DNA of 64,000 nucleotides from Candidatus Latescibacterota bacterium. GTDB lineage: Bacteria; Latescibacterota; UBA2968; UBA8231. The stretch covers positions 6,752,001 to 6,816,000 of the forward strand of contig OZ242214.1 in assembly GCA_965206595.1 (NCBI GenBank), read 5' to 3'. Positions 42,120-53,235 of the stretch are shown in pieces; within the stretch, counting starts at the first letter, position 1; every line of letters begins with the position of its first letter. Under the pieces are notes generated by a model, which saw nothing but the letters and a program-made list of their open reading frames with translations, did no database searches and was not told the DNA's origin. The translations under genes and the position numbers were made by a program.

Positions 42120-43637
42120 ATGCCGCCGGTCGTCGTAAGGACCCACGCCGAAGGGGCCGTGCTCCCCAGGGAGGAGCAGCTCGCCTGGAAGATCGCCGCA
42201 ATGGCGGCCGGCAACTCCTTCCTCGAGGCCGAGGTCGCCGAGATGATCGGCAACCGCCTCATCGATAACGCCGCGGTCGCCATCGCCGCCATCAACCGCG
42301 ACCCGGTGCGCAGCGCGCGCCTGCTTGCCCTCGGCTACCCCCACCCGGAAGGGAACGGGGCGTCGCTGTTCGGGATCCCCTGCGGGCGCACCTTCCACTG
42401 CGAGTGGGCGGCCCTCGCCAACGGGGTCGCCGTGCGCGAGCTCGACATGCACGACTGCTATCTGGCCGCCGACTACTCCCATCCCGGCGACACCATTCCC
42501 GGTCTCCTCGCGGTCGCGCAGCAGACCGGGCGCAACGGCCGGGAACTGGCCTTGGGGATCGCCACGGCATACGAAACGCAGATGGCGCTGGTGTCCGGGA
42601 TCTGCCTGCACGAGCACAAGATCGACCACGTCGCCCATCTCGCCCCCGCGGTCGCCGCCGGCATCGGCACCATGCTGGGAATGCCGGCGGAGGAGATCTT
42701 CCAGGCGGTCAACCAGAGCGTTCACCTCGGCTGCGCGACGCGGCAGTCGCGCAAGGGGGATATCACCAGCTGGAAGGCGTACGCCCCCGCCCAGGCCGGC
42801 AAAATCGCCATCGAGGCCGTCGGTCGCGCCCGGCTCGGGGAGAAGGCCCCCTCGCCGATCTACGAGGGCCGCGACGCCGTGATCGCCTGGCTGCTCGCAG
42901 GACCGGACGCGGAGTACACCGTGCCGCTGCCCTCGCCGGGAGAGCCGTTGAGGGCCATCCTGCAATCCTATACGAAGGAGCACTCGGCCGAGTACCAGGC
43001 GCAGGCCCTGATCGACATCGGCTTTTCCCTGCACGCCCACAGGTTCGATCCTGCAGAAATTGCGGAGGTGGTGATCCGCACCTCCCATCACACCCACAAC
43101 GTCATCGGCACCGGCGCCAACGACCCGCAGAAGATGGACCCCGGCGCCTCGCGCGAGACCCTCGACCACAGCGCCATGTACATCCTGGCGGTGGCCTGGG
43201 AGGACGGCGCCTGGCATCACGTCGACAGCTACACCTCGGAACGCGCCCACCGCGCTTCGACGGTGCGCCTTTGGCACAGGATACGCACCGAGGAGGTGCC
43301 GGAGTGGACGGCTGCCTACCACGACCCCGACCCGTCGCGCAAGAAGTTCGGGGCCGAGGTGGTGGTGGTGATAACCGATGGCTCGCGGATCAGCGAACGC
43401 CTCGACAATCCCAACGCCCACTCGTTCGGCGCCCGCCCCTTCCGGCGCGAGGAGTACGTGCGCAAGCTGCGCACCCTCACCGCCGGCCTCGCGGAAAAGG
43501 GGGAGAGCGGCCGCTTTCTCGGTTTGGTCGACAGGCTTACCGAACTCTCCGCCCGGGAGGTCCGGGAGCTCAACCTCGTCCTGCCGCGGGAGCGCCTGCT
43601 CGACGCGGAGGCACCCGGCCGCGTCGGCATCCTGTAG
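42120..43637 (+). CDS. prpD: MmgE/PrpD family 2-methylcitrate dehydratase
   Basis: 'VRELDMHD..LAADYSHP', 'RQSRKG.ITSWK', 'KEHSAEYQ', 'RETLDHS'. Confidence 0.88.
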   Translation: MPPVVVRTHAEGAVLPREEQLAWKIAAMAAGNSFLEAEVAEMIGNRLIDNAAVAIAAINRDPVRSARLLALGYPHPEGNGASLFGIPCGRTFHCEWAALANGVAVRELDMHDCYLAADYSHPGDTIPGLLAVAQQTGRNGRELALGIATAYETQMALVSGICLHEHKIDHVAHLAPAVAAGIGTMLGMPAEEIFQAVNQSVHLGCATRQSRKGDITSWKAYAPAQAGKIAIEAVGRARLGEKAPSPIYEGRDAVIAWLLAGPDAEYTVPLPSPGEPLRAILQSYTKEHSAEYQAQALIDIGFSLHAHRFDPAEIAEVVIRTSHHTHNVIGTGANDPQKMDPGASRETLDHSAMYILAVAWEDGAWHHVDSYTSERAHRASTVRLWHRIRTEEVPEWTAAYHDPDPSRKKFGAEVVVVITDGSRISERLDNPNAHSFGARPFRREEYVRKLRTLTAGLAEKGESGRFLGLVDRLTELSAREVRELNLVLPRERLLDAEAPGRVGIL

Positions 43638-43940
43638 TCAGTCAGCATTTGCCGACTCCCGTCATTCGCGGTCGTGTCCCTGGGACGGTAGCGTTGCCTT
43701 TCCGCACCGATCCTGCCCGTGCGTACTGCCCCTCTGCGGGGCCGATGGGCGCGGGGTTTCCACAGTCCTGGGTTGCCCGGCGAGTATCGAGGCAGGTCCG
43801 TGAATCGGTGCTCCGGTCCCGGCCCGGTGCGAACCCGGCAGGGGAGGCCCTGACAGGCCGAGACCCTGTTCCCCCGGCTCAGGAGTTCTCCGAATACATT
43901 GCCCCGCCTGGAACCCGATGCGGGGCCGCCCCGCCGGAGG

Positions 43941-44732
43941 CTACCAGCCCAGCTTCGAGGAGAGGTTGTTGAAGAAGTAGCTGTCCTGGAAGTAGATCAG
44001 CTTGGCCGTGGTCGAGGACTGGACGATCTGCACGTCGTCCCCGGGGCTCAGGGGGCCGAGAGGGCGTCCGTCCGCGGCGATATGGACGCCGTGCTCCCGG
44101 GTCTCCTCGCCGATGTGCAGCTCGATGCGGCAGTCGGGTGAGAGGATCAGCGAGCGCGAGGTGAAGTTGTGCTCGTTGATGCCGTCGAGCATCAGGCAGC
44201 GGACGTCCGGCATCACGATCGGCGCGCCCGCGGAGAGCAGGAACCCGGTGCTTCCGGTCGGGGTGCCGACCACGACCCCGTCCCCCTTGATGGTGCGGAT
44301 CTTGGTGCCGTTAACGGAGACGTCGATGTAGAGGAAGCCGCTCCCGGCATGGCGCACGATGACCTCGTTGATCGACCTCGTCACCCCGTGCGGATGCCGG
44401 CACTGGAGGACGAGGCGCTCGCTGACCAGGTAGTCCCCCTCGAGGAGCAGGGTCAGCACCCGGTCGAGGTCGTCGCGGTCGGCCGCGGTCAGGAATCCGG
44501 TAGTGCCGAAGTTGATCGCAAGCACCGGCCCTGAGCTGAACAGGTCGAGGGCCTTGAGGACGGTGCCGTCCCCGCCCATGGCCATGACCATGTCGAGATC
44601 CCCCGGCGGGGTCTCTTCCCACTTCAGGGTGACCAGCGAAATGCCGCGCCTGGCGAAGAGGTCGTCGAGTTCGGAAAGCGGGTAGGCCTGCTCTTCGTCG
44701 CGCAGCAGAACCCCGACTTTCTTCAGGTCCAT
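43941..44732 (-). CDS. nadK: NAD kinase
   Basis: 'GGDGTVL', 'INE', 'GDGVVVGTPTGST..LSAG'. Confidence 0.92.
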   Translation of the reverse strand: MDLKKVGVLLRDEEQAYPLSELDDLFARRGISLVTLKWEETPPGDLDMVMAMGGDGTVLKALDLFSSGPVLAINFGTTGFLTAADRDDLDRVLTLLLEGDYLVSERLVLQCRHPHGVTRSINEVIVRHAGSGFLYIDVSVNGTKIRTIKGDGVVVGTPTGSTGFLLSAGAPIVMPDVRCLMLDGINEHNFTSRSLILSPDCRIELHIGEETREHGVHIAADGRPLGPLSPGDDVQIVQSSTTAKLIYFQDSYFFNNLSSKLGW

Positions 44733-44894
44733 CCTCTACTCGCTCCGCGACGATTGCCGGCGCCGGCCGGCCACGACAGGAAGGGCTCCTCGACCGATCA
44801 TGCAGCGAGGCTCCCTTTCCGTTCCTCACGCCCGTGGTGATCCAAGGCAGGGGCGGTCTCCTCTTCAAAACCGGCTTTCACGGTAAACTCCTGC

Positions 44895-45803
44895 CTAGCT
44901 GCGCGCCTCTTTCCGCGCCTGCGTTTCGTACGCCTTGATCAGGGCCTGGGTGCCCTCGTCGGCGCACCCCATGCGCTCGACGATGTTGAAGTACTGGTGG
45001 GCGATGCTGACCGCTGGCAGGGCGAGCTTGACGTCATTCGCCGATTCGAGGACCAGCTTGAGGTCCTTCTGCTGCAGGCGCACCATGAAACCCGGGTCGA
45101 AGTCTCCCTTCAGGACGCGCGGTCCCAGGTTGGTCAGCTGCCAGGAACCGGCCGCTCCGCCGCTGATCGCGTCGACCACCTTCCCGACGTCGAGATCGGA
45201 GGCCGCCGCGAGCATCAGCGCCTCGGCCATGGCGAGGTTGGCCACGGCTACGCCGATCTGGTTGCAGAGCTTGGTAACCTGTCCGGCCCCGTTGCCCCCG
45301 ATCAGGTTGATGTTTTTTCCCATCGCTTCGAACACCGGGAGGCACTCGTCGAACACCTGTTGCTCACCGCCGACCATGATCGACAGCGTTCCCTGCTGCG
45401 CCCCGACGTCGCCGCCGCTGACCGGGGCGTCGAGCATGCCGACCCCCTTCTCCTTCAGGGCCGCGGCGATCTCGCGGGTCACTCGGGGCGACACGGTGCT
45501 CATGTCGATCACGGTGGCCCCTTCCTCCACTCCCTCGATCACTCCGCCCTCGCCGAGGATGACGGCCTCGACGTCCGGTGTGTCGGTGACGATGGTGATG
45601 ACGACCTGACTGCCTGCGGCCGCCTCTTTCGGGGTCGCCACCCGCTCCCCTCCGGCAGCGACCACCTCCTGAACGCGGGGGCGGTCGCTGCGGTTGTAGA
45701 CCTTGAGCGAGTATCCTGCCGCCATCAGGTTGCGGGCCATGGGGGCGCCCATGATCCCCAATCCCACGAATCCGATCCTGGTGCTTTCAGGTGACGCTGG
45801 CAT
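44895..45803 (-). CDS. 2-hydroxy-3-oxopropionate reductase / 3-hydroxyisobutyrate dehydrogenase family
   Basis: 'IGFVGLGIMG.PMA', 'LDAPVSGG', 'KLCNQ'. Confidence 0.92.
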   Translation of the reverse strand: MPASPESTRIGFVGLGIMGAPMARNLMAAGYSLKVYNRSDRPRVQEVVAAGGERVATPKEAAAGSQVVITIVTDTPDVEAVILGEGGVIEGVEEGATVIDMSTVSPRVTREIAAALKEKGVGMLDAPVSGGDVGAQQGTLSIMVGGEQQVFDECLPVFEAMGKNINLIGGNGAGQVTKLCNQIGVAVANLAMAEALMLAAASDLDVGKVVDAISGGAAGSWQLTNLGPRVLKGDFDPGFMVRLQQKDLKLVLESANDVKLALPAVSIAHQYFNIVERMGCADEGTQALIKAYETQARKEARS

Positions 45804-45843
45804 CCGGTTCTCCTTGCAGATGGAAGCTGCTGCGGGTGTGTGA

Positions 45844-47652
45844 CTAAAAGGTGTAGAACAGGTGTCTGTTGTCCTCGATCTCGGCCGCGGCGTAGAACTG
45901 GGACAGCCATACCTGGAGGGCTTCGTTCCTGCGTTCCTGCAGCAGTTCCTCGAGGAGAGCTTCGCGCGCGTCGAGAAACGCCTCCTCGTCGATGGGGGTC
46001 GTTTCGATCACCCTGAGCAGGTAGGCGCCGTTGCGGGCGACGACAACGTCGCTCAGCTCGCCCGGCTCCATGGCGAACGCCGCCCTGGTTAATTCGGTGT
46101 TGCGGCCGACCCCCGGTACGAAGTCGGCGCGCGCGAACGGCTCGGTCTCGCTCAGCTCCAGTCCGTTGGCCGCGGCCGCGGAGGCCAGGTCGCCGCCGCC
46201 GAGCACGGCGCCGCGAATCTCCCGCAGCACCTCCCCCGCTGCCTCGGCCCGCTTGCGCCCCTGCAGGGATCGCTCGACCCGGGACCGTACCTCCTCCAGG
46301 GGGGCCACCCCTTCGTCGCGGGCCTCGACCAGCTGGGCAACCCAGAACGCCCCCTCGACGCTGCCGACCCGGCTGACCGTGCCGACTTCGCTGTCGAAGA
46401 ACAGGTTGACCACCCACCCGGTTCCCTGCCCGAGCCCGGGAATCACGCTCCCGGACGGCACGAAACCGGGATCGCGCACCTCGACCCCCTCGATAACGGC
46501 GGCGGCGTCGATTCCGCGGTCCGCGGCGAGCTCGCGGAAGTCGGAGGCCACCCGGTGGAGGGAGTCCTCCGTCGCCTGCAACGGGGTGAACTTCAGCAGG
46601 ATGTGCCGCGCCCGGACCTTCTCTTCCCCACCCTCCTCAAGGCGTTCCTCCAGCTTGATCAGGTGCCAGCCGAACCGGGTCAGCACGGGCTGCGACACCT
46701 CCCCGGGTTCGAGGGCGAAAACCGCCTCCTCGAACGGCGCCACCATGCGGCCGCGGCCGAAGCTGCCGAGGTCGCCGCCGCTGGCGGCGCTGCCCTCGTC
46801 CTCCGACATCGCCCTGGCGAGCTCGCCGAAATCGGCCCCGGCGGCGATATCTTCACGCAGGCTGCGCGCCTGCTCCTCGATCCCGGCCGAATCCGCGGCG
46901 CTGGGGACGCGAGGAAACAGGGCGTAGCGGATTCCCACCTGCCTGCCGTGCCGGTAGTCGTCGGCGTTGGCGGAGTACTCCGCCTCGACTTCCGCTTCCT
47001 CGAGCTCGGTTTCGCCGTCGGAGGGGGACGCCGAAGGGGTGAACACGTACTCGACCTTGACCTTCTCGTTGCGGTCGACGTAGTGCCGCCGCACCTCGGG
47101 GGCGCTGACGCGTACGGTCTCCATCAGCATCGTCTGCAGCCGGTGGTTGAGCAGCTGGTTCTCCCACATGCGCTCGATCTGCATGATGAATTCGCGGTTC
47201 CTGGCATCGGCGAAGGTGCCCTGATCGTGGAGGAACTGCTGGTAGAGCTGCGGGTCGAACTCCCCCTCCGTCTGGAACACCTCGATATCCTGGACGGCCT
47301 GCGGCGGTGCCTCGCGGGTGTAGGTCGCCAGCTCCTCGTCGGTGACTTGGATGCCTAGGCGGCCGAGCTGCTGGCTGACGATGGTCTCGCTGACAATCGC
47401 CTGCCACACCTCGCGCACGAGGGCGCCGTCGTCCCCCCGTTCCTCGCGGCCGCGCTGGCGCGCCGCGTTGCGCAGCGTCTGCTGGAAAAGTTTCAGGGAG
47501 ACTTCCTGACCGTTTATCACTCCGACGGCGTCGGATCGGGAGCGGGAGGTGCCGGAATAGTCGGCTCCCCACTCGACGACGATCAGTCCCACGAAAGCGA
47601 GGATCACGATCCACATGATGATGCCCGTGCTCTCTCGCAGCTTGGTCATCAT
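45844..47652 (-). CDS. PpiD-like peptidyl-prolyl isomerase (SurA N-terminal + parvulin)
   Basis: N-terminal anchor, 'GGDLGSF..GRMV.PFEEAVF', 'FGWHLIK', 'ARHIL'. Confidence 0.9.
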   Translation of the reverse strand: MMTKLRESTGIIMWIVILAFVGLIVVEWGADYSGTSRSRSDAVGVINGQEVSLKLFQQTLRNAARQRGREERGDDGALVREVWQAIVSETIVSQQLGRLGIQVTDEELATYTREAPPQAVQDIEVFQTEGEFDPQLYQQFLHDQGTFADARNREFIMQIERMWENQLLNHRLQTMLMETVRVSAPEVRRHYVDRNEKVKVEYVFTPSASPSDGETELEEAEVEAEYSANADDYRHGRQVGIRYALFPRVPSAADSAGIEEQARSLREDIAAGADFGELARAMSEDEGSAASGGDLGSFGRGRMVAPFEEAVFALEPGEVSQPVLTRFGWHLIKLEERLEEGGEEKVRARHILLKFTPLQATEDSLHRVASDFRELAADRGIDAAAVIEGVEVRDPGFVPSGSVIPGLGQGTGWVVNLFFDSEVGTVSRVGSVEGAFWVAQLVEARDEGVAPLEEVRSRVERSLQGRKRAEAAGEVLREIRGAVLGGGDLASAAAANGLELSETEPFARADFVPGVGRNTELTRAAFAMEPGELSDVVVARNGAYLLRVIETTPIDEEAFLDAREALLEELLQERRNEALQVWLSQFYAAAEIEDNRHLFYTF

Positions 47653-47670
47653 AAGCTGTAAGCTCCGTTG

Positions 47671-48720
47671 CTACTGTCGGTCAGCCGCTGACGGCGGCTG
47701 GTTGGTGTTTGTTTCTGCCCCTCTGGTAATCGCCGTCTCGGGATGGCGCAGGAGGCAGGCGACCTGACGGCCTTCCTCCTCCACCTCTGCCAGCTCCGGG
47801 ACGACGCGCGTGCAGGCGTCGATGCGTTCGGGGCAGCGCGGGTGAAACGGGCACCCCGGCGGCACCGCCGCCGGGTTCGGGACGTCCCCGTCGAGGGTCC
47901 TGGGGCCGCGGCGCCGGGCCGGGTCCGGCAGGGGGACCGCCGACAGCAGCGCGCGGGTGTACGGGTGTAAGGGCCGGCGATAAAGCTCGTCTCGCGGGGC
48001 CATTTCGACAATCTTGCCCAGGTACATCACCGCCACCCTGTCGGAGATGTGGCGCACGACGCTGAGGTCGTGGGCGATGAACAGAAAGGTGAGCCCGAGG
48101 TCGCGCTGGATGTCCTGGAGGAGGTTGATGATCTGGGCCTGCACCGACACGTCGAGGGCGGAGACCGGTTCGTCGGCGACGATGAACTCCGGCTCGACCG
48201 CCAGGGCCCGGGCGATGCCGATGCGCTGGCGCTGTCCGCCGCTGAACTCGTGGGCGTAGCGGCGCGCCGAAGTCGCGGGCAGCCCGACCATGTCGAGCAG
48301 CTCGGCGACCCGGACTTGGACCGCGGCGCCCTCGGCCAGGCCGTGAATACGCAGGCCCTCGCCGATGATCGACCCGACCGTCATGCGCGGGTTAAGCGAC
48401 CCGTACGGGTCCTGGAAGACGATCTGCATGCGGCGGCGCAGGCGGCGCAGCTCGCCTCTCCCCAGGGCGCTGAGATTGCGCCCGCGAAAGAAGACCTCCC
48501 CCCCGGTCGGCTCGAGCAGGCGCAGGATCAGCCTTCCCAGGGTGGTCTTGCCGCAGCCGCTCTCGCCGACCACCCCGAGGGTTTCTCCGGGCAACACGGA
48601 AAGCGACACACCGTCCACGGCACGGACGTGCCCGCTGACGGGGCCCCACAGCCCCTTGCGGATCTCGAAATGCTTCTTCAGGCCCTTTGCCTGTATCAGC
48701 GGCAGGCTCGGTTCAGTCAT
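47671..48720 (-). CDS. Oligopeptide/dipeptide ABC transporter ATPase (OppF/DppF)
   Basis: 'GESGCGKT', 'FSGGQRQR', 'DEPVSALD', 'HPYTRAL', 'GCPFHPRC'. Confidence 0.95.
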   Translation of the reverse strand: MTEPSLPLIQAKGLKKHFEIRKGLWGPVSGHVRAVDGVSLSVLPGETLGVVGESGCGKTTLGRLILRLLEPTGGEVFFRGRNLSALGRGELRRLRRRMQIVFQDPYGSLNPRMTVGSIIGEGLRIHGLAEGAAVQVRVAELLDMVGLPATSARRYAHEFSGGQRQRIGIARALAVEPEFIVADEPVSALDVSVQAQIINLLQDIQRDLGLTFLFIAHDLSVVRHISDRVAVMYLGKIVEMAPRDELYRRPLHPYTRALLSAVPLPDPARRRGPRTLDGDVPNPAAVPPGCPFHPRCPERIDACTRVVPELAEVEEEGRQVACLLRHPETAITRGAETNTNQPPSAADRQ

Positions 48721-49702
48721 CGGCTTTCCAGCAGCTCACGAGGTGCCCGGGCGCCCCTTCCTCCGGTTGCGGACGCTGCCGCCGGCAGCGGTAGTCGGCC
48801 AGCGAACAGCGGGGATGGAAGGCACAGCCCGAAGGGATGACGCGCGCGTCCGGGACCGAGCCGGGGATGGTGTCGAGCCGCTCCCGCTCTCCTTCCAGGA
48901 CGGGAATCGAACGCATCAGTCCCCGCGTGTACGGGTGCCGGGGAGATTCGAAAAGTTCCCGGGTCGTCGCGGTCTCGACGATCCTGCCGGCGTACATCAC
49001 CGCCACCCGGTCGGCGACCTCGGCGACTACCCCGAGATCGTGGGTGATCAGCAGGATGGCCATGTCCAGCTCTTCCTGGAGCCGTTGCAGCAATTCGAGG
49101 ATCTGCGCCTGAATGGTGACGTCGAGAGCGGTCGTCGGCTCGTCGGCGATCAACACGTCCGGGTTGCAGGAGAGGGCCATGGCGATCATGATCCGCTGCC
49201 GCATGCCGCCGCTCAGCTGGTGGGGATACTCGTCGATGCGCTGCTCGGGAGCGGGAATGCCGACCAGCTTCAGCATCTCGATGGCGCGCCCGCGGGCCTC
49301 CGCCCTGGAGGCGTCCTGGTGCAGCATCACCGCTTCCATGATCTGGTAGCCGCAGGTGAGCACCGGGTTCAGGCTCGACATCGGCTCCTGGAAGATCATG
49401 GCGACCTCGTCCCCCCGTATGCGGCACATCTCCTGCTCGGACAACGCCATGAGATCGCGGCCGTTGACGACAATGCGGCCGGCCTCGATGCGGCCTGGAG
49501 GCTCACGAACCAGGCGCATGACGGACAGGGCGGTGACGCTCTTGCCGCAGCCGCTCTCTCCCACCAGTCCCAGGGTCTCTCCTTTGAAAAGCGAAAACGA
49601 CACCCCGTCGACGGCGCGGCCGATGCCGTCGTCGCCGTGAAAGTAGGTGCGCAGGCCGTCGACTTCGACGACCGGGGCGGCCTCTCGGACAGGGGAGTTC
49701 AT
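48713..49702 (-). CDS. Oligopeptide/dipeptide ABC transporter ATPase (OppD/DppD)
   Basis: 'GESGCGKS', '[12 protein letters not shown]', 'DEPTTALD'. Confidence 0.95.
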   Translation of the reverse strand: MNSPVREAAPVVEVDGLRTYFHGDDGIGRAVDGVSFSLFKGETLGLVGESGCGKSVTALSVMRLVREPPGRIEAGRIVVNGRDLMALSEQEMCRIRGDEVAMIFQEPMSSLNPVLTCGYQIMEAVMLHQDASRAEARGRAIEMLKLVGIPAPEQRIDEYPHQLSGGMRQRIMIAMALSCNPDVLIADEPTTALDVTIQAQILELLQRLQEELDMAILLITHDLGVVAEVADRVAVMYAGRIVETATTRELFESPRHPYTRGLMRSIPVLEGERERLDTIPGSVPDARVIPSGCAFHPRCSLADYRCRRQRPQPEEGAPGHLVSCWKADD

Positions 49703-50544
49703 CGCTGCGTGCCGGCCTCTACCGGCTCCGGTTCTCCCACCCCTTGCCACGTCCCGCAACGGCGCTCGATCTCCGCCCGCTCCCAGGCGGCAAGGCCGCT
49801 TTCGCGGAGGTCGATCTCCAGGCAGTTGCCTAATCCGCGGGCAATGCAGGCGGTCAGCGAGGGGATGTCGACCGGCTCTCCGGTGATTTCCCCGAGGTAC
49901 GAGCTCGAGTCCGCGATCGGGCCGCCGACATCCGCGCCGCGCAGAAAACTCCCGAGGAGGAGGTGCCGGGGACCGGTGAGAATCGAGCCGTGCTGCAGGA
50001 TGGCACCTCGAACCCGGCGCTGGGCGCTGCCGACGAGCTTGCGGCCCCGGTACGTCACCTCCCACTTCGAAGTGCTCGCGAAGCAGGGGGGCTTCGGGGC
50101 CTCCGGGGCCGAGCGGCCGCCCTGTCCCGCCTCCTGCCGGTGCAGGTCGACCGGGGCGCCGAAGGCCCGCAGTCCGGCCACCAGCGCCCTTCCGATCTCC
50201 CGGTACGTCGCCCCGGGGGAGGTACCCAGGCGGCCGCATCCTTCGCGGCAGATCACGCTGTAGGTCAGCTCCTCCCAGTGGAGCACGGCGCGCCCCCCGG
50301 TGAGCCTGCGCACCACGTCGATGCCGGCCCTGCGCACCTGGAGGAGATTCAGCTCGCGCTTCGGATCCTGGTTGTATCCCAGTGATACCGCCGGGGGATC
50401 CCAGCGGTACAGGCGGAATACCGAGGGGCTGCAGCCGGCGCCGACGGCCTGGAGAAGCACCGCGTCCGCCTGCATGTTGAAGTCGCCTGACGACGCCCCG
50501 GTATCGAGCAGGCGCCAGGTTTCCGTCTCGGCAATCATGCTCAA
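49699..50544 (-). CDS. Lipoate-protein ligase / octanoyltransferase family (LipM-like)
   Basis: 'NMQAD', '[13 protein letters not shown]', 'RKLVGSAQ', 'LQHGS'. Confidence 0.9.
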   Translation of the reverse strand: MSMIAETETWRLLDTGASSGDFNMQADAVLLQAVGAGCSPSVFRLYRWDPPAVSLGYNQDPKRELNLLQVRRAGIDVVRRLTGGRAVLHWEELTYSVICREGCGRLGTSPGATYREIGRALVAGLRAFGAPVDLHRQEAGQGGRSAPEAPKPPCFASTSKWEVTYRGRKLVGSAQRRVRGAILQHGSILTGPRHLLLGSFLRGADVGGPIADSSSYLGEITGEPVDIPSLTACIARGLGNCLEIDLRESGLAAWERAEIERRCGTWQGVGEPEPVEAGTQR

Positions 50545-50572
50545 TCCCCGGCCGCCAGTTTCGCCCGCGGCC

Positions 50573-51328
50573 TCACAGCTGTCCGAGCTTGAGGAGGGCG
50601 TCCCGGGCAGCCATCTGCTGCGCTTCCTTCTTGCTCCTGCCGCTGCCGAAACCGACCTCCTCCCCGGTGACGGAGACCGACACGCTGAAGACCTTGTCGT
50701 GATCCGGCCCCTTCTCGTCCTGTACGTGATACCTCGGATAGCCCCACCCCAGGCTCTGGGTGTGCTCGAGCAGACTGCTCTTGAAATTGATGGAGTCCTG
50801 GCGCTGGTGAAGCTCTTCGAAATCTCCCATGACCACCCGCTCTACGAAGCCCCTGGCCCCTTCGAGTCCGCCGTCGAGGTACATGGCGCCGATCACGGCC
50901 TCGAAGGTGTCGCTGAGAATGGAGTCCTGATCGGCTCCTCCCACGTTGCGCTCCTCCTGGCTCAGCAGCAGGAAACGCCCGAGCTCGATGCTGCGCGCCT
51001 TGCGGGCGAGGACGGGGCGGCTGACGACGAGGGACTTCATCTTCGTGAGGTCCCCCTCGCGACGGTCTTCGTGGCGACGGAACAGCTCCTCGGCGACCAG
51101 CAGGTCGAGCACGGCGTCGCCGAGGTACTCGAGACGCTCGTTGGAGTCGACGCCGCTTCCCTGCCGGGCGTACACGTAGGAGCGGTGTTTGAGCGCCGTA
51201 AGCAGCAGCTCCTGGTCGCGGAAGCGATACCCCAGGCGCTGCTCGATCTCTTCGAGATGGCCTGGCGGGGCCGTATTCCCCGATCTCGAGAATCGGCTGC
51301 GGCTGAACAGTGTGGAAAGCCATCCCAT
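50573..51328 (-). CDS. rnc: Ribonuclease III
   Basis: 'NERLEYLGDAVL', 'DTFEAVIGAMYLD', and a C-terminal dsRBD. Confidence 0.97.
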   Translation of the reverse strand: MGWLSTLFSRSRFSRSGNTAPPGHLEEIEQRLGYRFRDQELLLTALKHRSYVYARQGSGVDSNERLEYLGDAVLDLLVAEELFRRHEDRREGDLTKMKSLVVSRPVLARKARSIELGRFLLLSQEERNVGGADQDSILSDTFEAVIGAMYLDGGLEGARGFVERVVMGDFEELHQRQDSINFKSSLLEHTQSLGWGYPRYHVQDEKGPDHDKVFSVSVSVTGEEVGFGSGRSKKEAQQMAARDALLKLGQL

Positions 51329-51400
51329 GAGGTGCTGCGATCCCGGGAGCCGAACAGGGTGCCGGACGGGCGCCGCCCCGCTTGCCCGGAAGTGGCAGGG

Positions 51401-52657
51401 TCAGTCGAAGCGTCCGAAGATGAGCGCAACGTTGTGGCCCCCGAAACCGAAGGAGTTGTTCAATACGCAGCGGACATCAGCCTTGCGCGCCTCGTTGGGG
51501 ACGTAGTCGAGGTCGCACTCGGGATCGGGGTTTTCGTAGTTGATCGTCGGCGGCAGCACGCCGTTGGCTAGCGCCAGCAGGCAGGCAATGCTCTCTATGG
51601 CGCCGGCGGCTCCCAGCAGGTGCCCCGTCATCGACTTGGTGGAGCTCACCGCCAAGCCGTTGCGGGCATGCGCGCCGAAGACGTTCCTGATCGCCGCGGT
51701 TTCCTGCGGGTCGCCGATGACCGTCGACGTCCCGTGCGCGTTGATGTAGTCGACGGCGCCGGGGGAAAGGCCGGCGTCCCGCAGCGCGATGCGCATCGCC
51801 CGCGCCCCTCCCTCTCCTTCGGGGGCCATGTCGGTGATGTGGTAGGCGTCCGCGGTGAACCCGAGCCCGAGGAATTCACCCATGATGTCGGCGCCGCGCG
51901 ATTTCGCGTGCTCGAGCTCTTCGAGCACGACGGCTCCGGCCCCTTCGCTCAGCACGAAACCGTTGCGCTCGGCGTCGAACGGCCGGCTCGCCCGTTCCGG
52001 TTCCTCGTTGCGCACCGCCAGGGCGCGCGAGGCGGCGAAGCCGGCTACCGAGAACGGGGTGACCGCGGCTTCGCTTCCCCCGGCAATCATCACCTCGGCT
52101 TCGCCGTACTGGATCTTGCGCGCCGCCTCGCCGATCGCGTGGGCGGCCGAGGAGCAGGCGGAAACGGTGGTGTAGTTGGGTCCCTTGGCCCCCAGCTTGA
52201 TCGATATCATCCCCGCCGACATGTCGCTTATCATCGAGGGGATGAAGAAGGGGCTAATGCGGCCCGGACCCCTGTCGTTGAGAACGTTATGCTGTTCCTC
52301 AAGGGTGGAGATGCCGCCGATTCCCGACCCGAAAATCACTCCCATGCGCTCAGAATCGACGGAATCGGCGCTGATCCCCGCTCGCGTCGCCGCCTCGACC
52401 GCGGTGTGGACGGCATAGTGAACGAAAGGGTCGTTGCGGCGCACTTCCCTGTGGCCGAGCGACTCGCCCGGGTCGAACCCCTTGAGCTCCCCGGCGATCT
52501 TCACCTTGTGCGCCGAGGTGTCGAACCGGGTGATTTCACCGATGCCGGAACGGCCGTCGATCAGGGCCTCCCAGAAGGCCTCGATGCCGTTGCCGTTGGG
52601 GGCCAGCACACCGGCACCCGTGACCGCTACTCTGCGCCTGGACACGGACAGTCCCAC
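51401..52657 (-). CDS. fabF: 3-oxoacyl-ACP synthase II
   Basis: 'SACSS', 'YINAHGTST', 'KSMTGHLLGAAG', 'NSFGFGGHN'. Confidence 0.96.
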   Translation of the reverse strand: MGLSVSRRRVAVTGAGVLAPNGNGIEAFWEALIDGRSGIGEITRFDTSAHKVKIAGELKGFDPGESLGHREVRRNDPFVHYAVHTAVEAATRAGISADSVDSERMGVIFGSGIGGISTLEEQHNVLNDRGPGRISPFFIPSMISDMSAGMISIKLGAKGPNYTTVSACSSAAHAIGEAARKIQYGEAEVMIAGGSEAAVTPFSVAGFAASRALAVRNEEPERASRPFDAERNGFVLSEGAGAVVLEELEHAKSRGADIMGEFLGLGFTADAYHITDMAPEGEGGARAMRIALRDAGLSPGAVDYINAHGTSTVIGDPQETAAIRNVFGAHARNGLAVSSTKSMTGHLLGAAGAIESIACLLALANGVLPPTINYENPDPECDLDYVPNEARKADVRCVLNNSFGFGGHNVALIFGRFD

Positions 52658-52846
52658 TACTGGAAAACCACCTGCCCGCGATGGCAGGGGCCCCGGGACC
52701 GGGCGCTCGAGGTCGCTTCCCCAGAGCGCAGAGGTGCCGGATCGGACGGGGATTCGGCGGCCGGAAGCAAGGGCCGTCCGCCCTCACTCCAGGCCCCATG
52801 CTGGCGACCCGAATGGTCGACCCCCGGAAAATGCTCTGCCACGGGC

Positions 52847-53086
52847 CTAGGCTTTGCTGTTTTCCTCGAGGTACTTTATGGCGTCGCTGACGACGGCCAT
52901 CTTTTCGGCGTCCTCGTCCGGAATATCGATCCCGAACTCTTCCTCGAAGGCCATCACCAGCTCGACAGTGTCGAGAGAGTCCGCGCCGAGGTCGTCGACG
53001 AAGGAAGCTGCCGGGGTTACCTGGTCGGCATTCACTCCCAGTTGTTCGACGATGAGATCGCGAACCCGCTCATCGATTGTTGCCAT
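52847..53086 (-). CDS. acpP: Acyl carrier protein
   Basis: '[20 protein letters not shown]'; RBS ggagg upstream. Confidence 0.97.
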   Translation of the reverse strand: MATIDERVRDLIVEQLGVNADQVTPAASFVDDLGADSLDTVELVMAFEEEFGIDIPDEDAEKMAVVSDAIKYLEENSKA

Positions 53087-53235
53087 TACTCTATCCTCCT
53101 GCTCTTGACGTGACCGGCAAACCGCGTCACGCATTCTAGCGAAAAATCAACTATATACATGATACATGGCGGTTAATACAAGGCAAAAACGCAGCTTCGC
53201 CGCGGTGCCGCATCCGGCGTTCGCCGACGGCCTCG

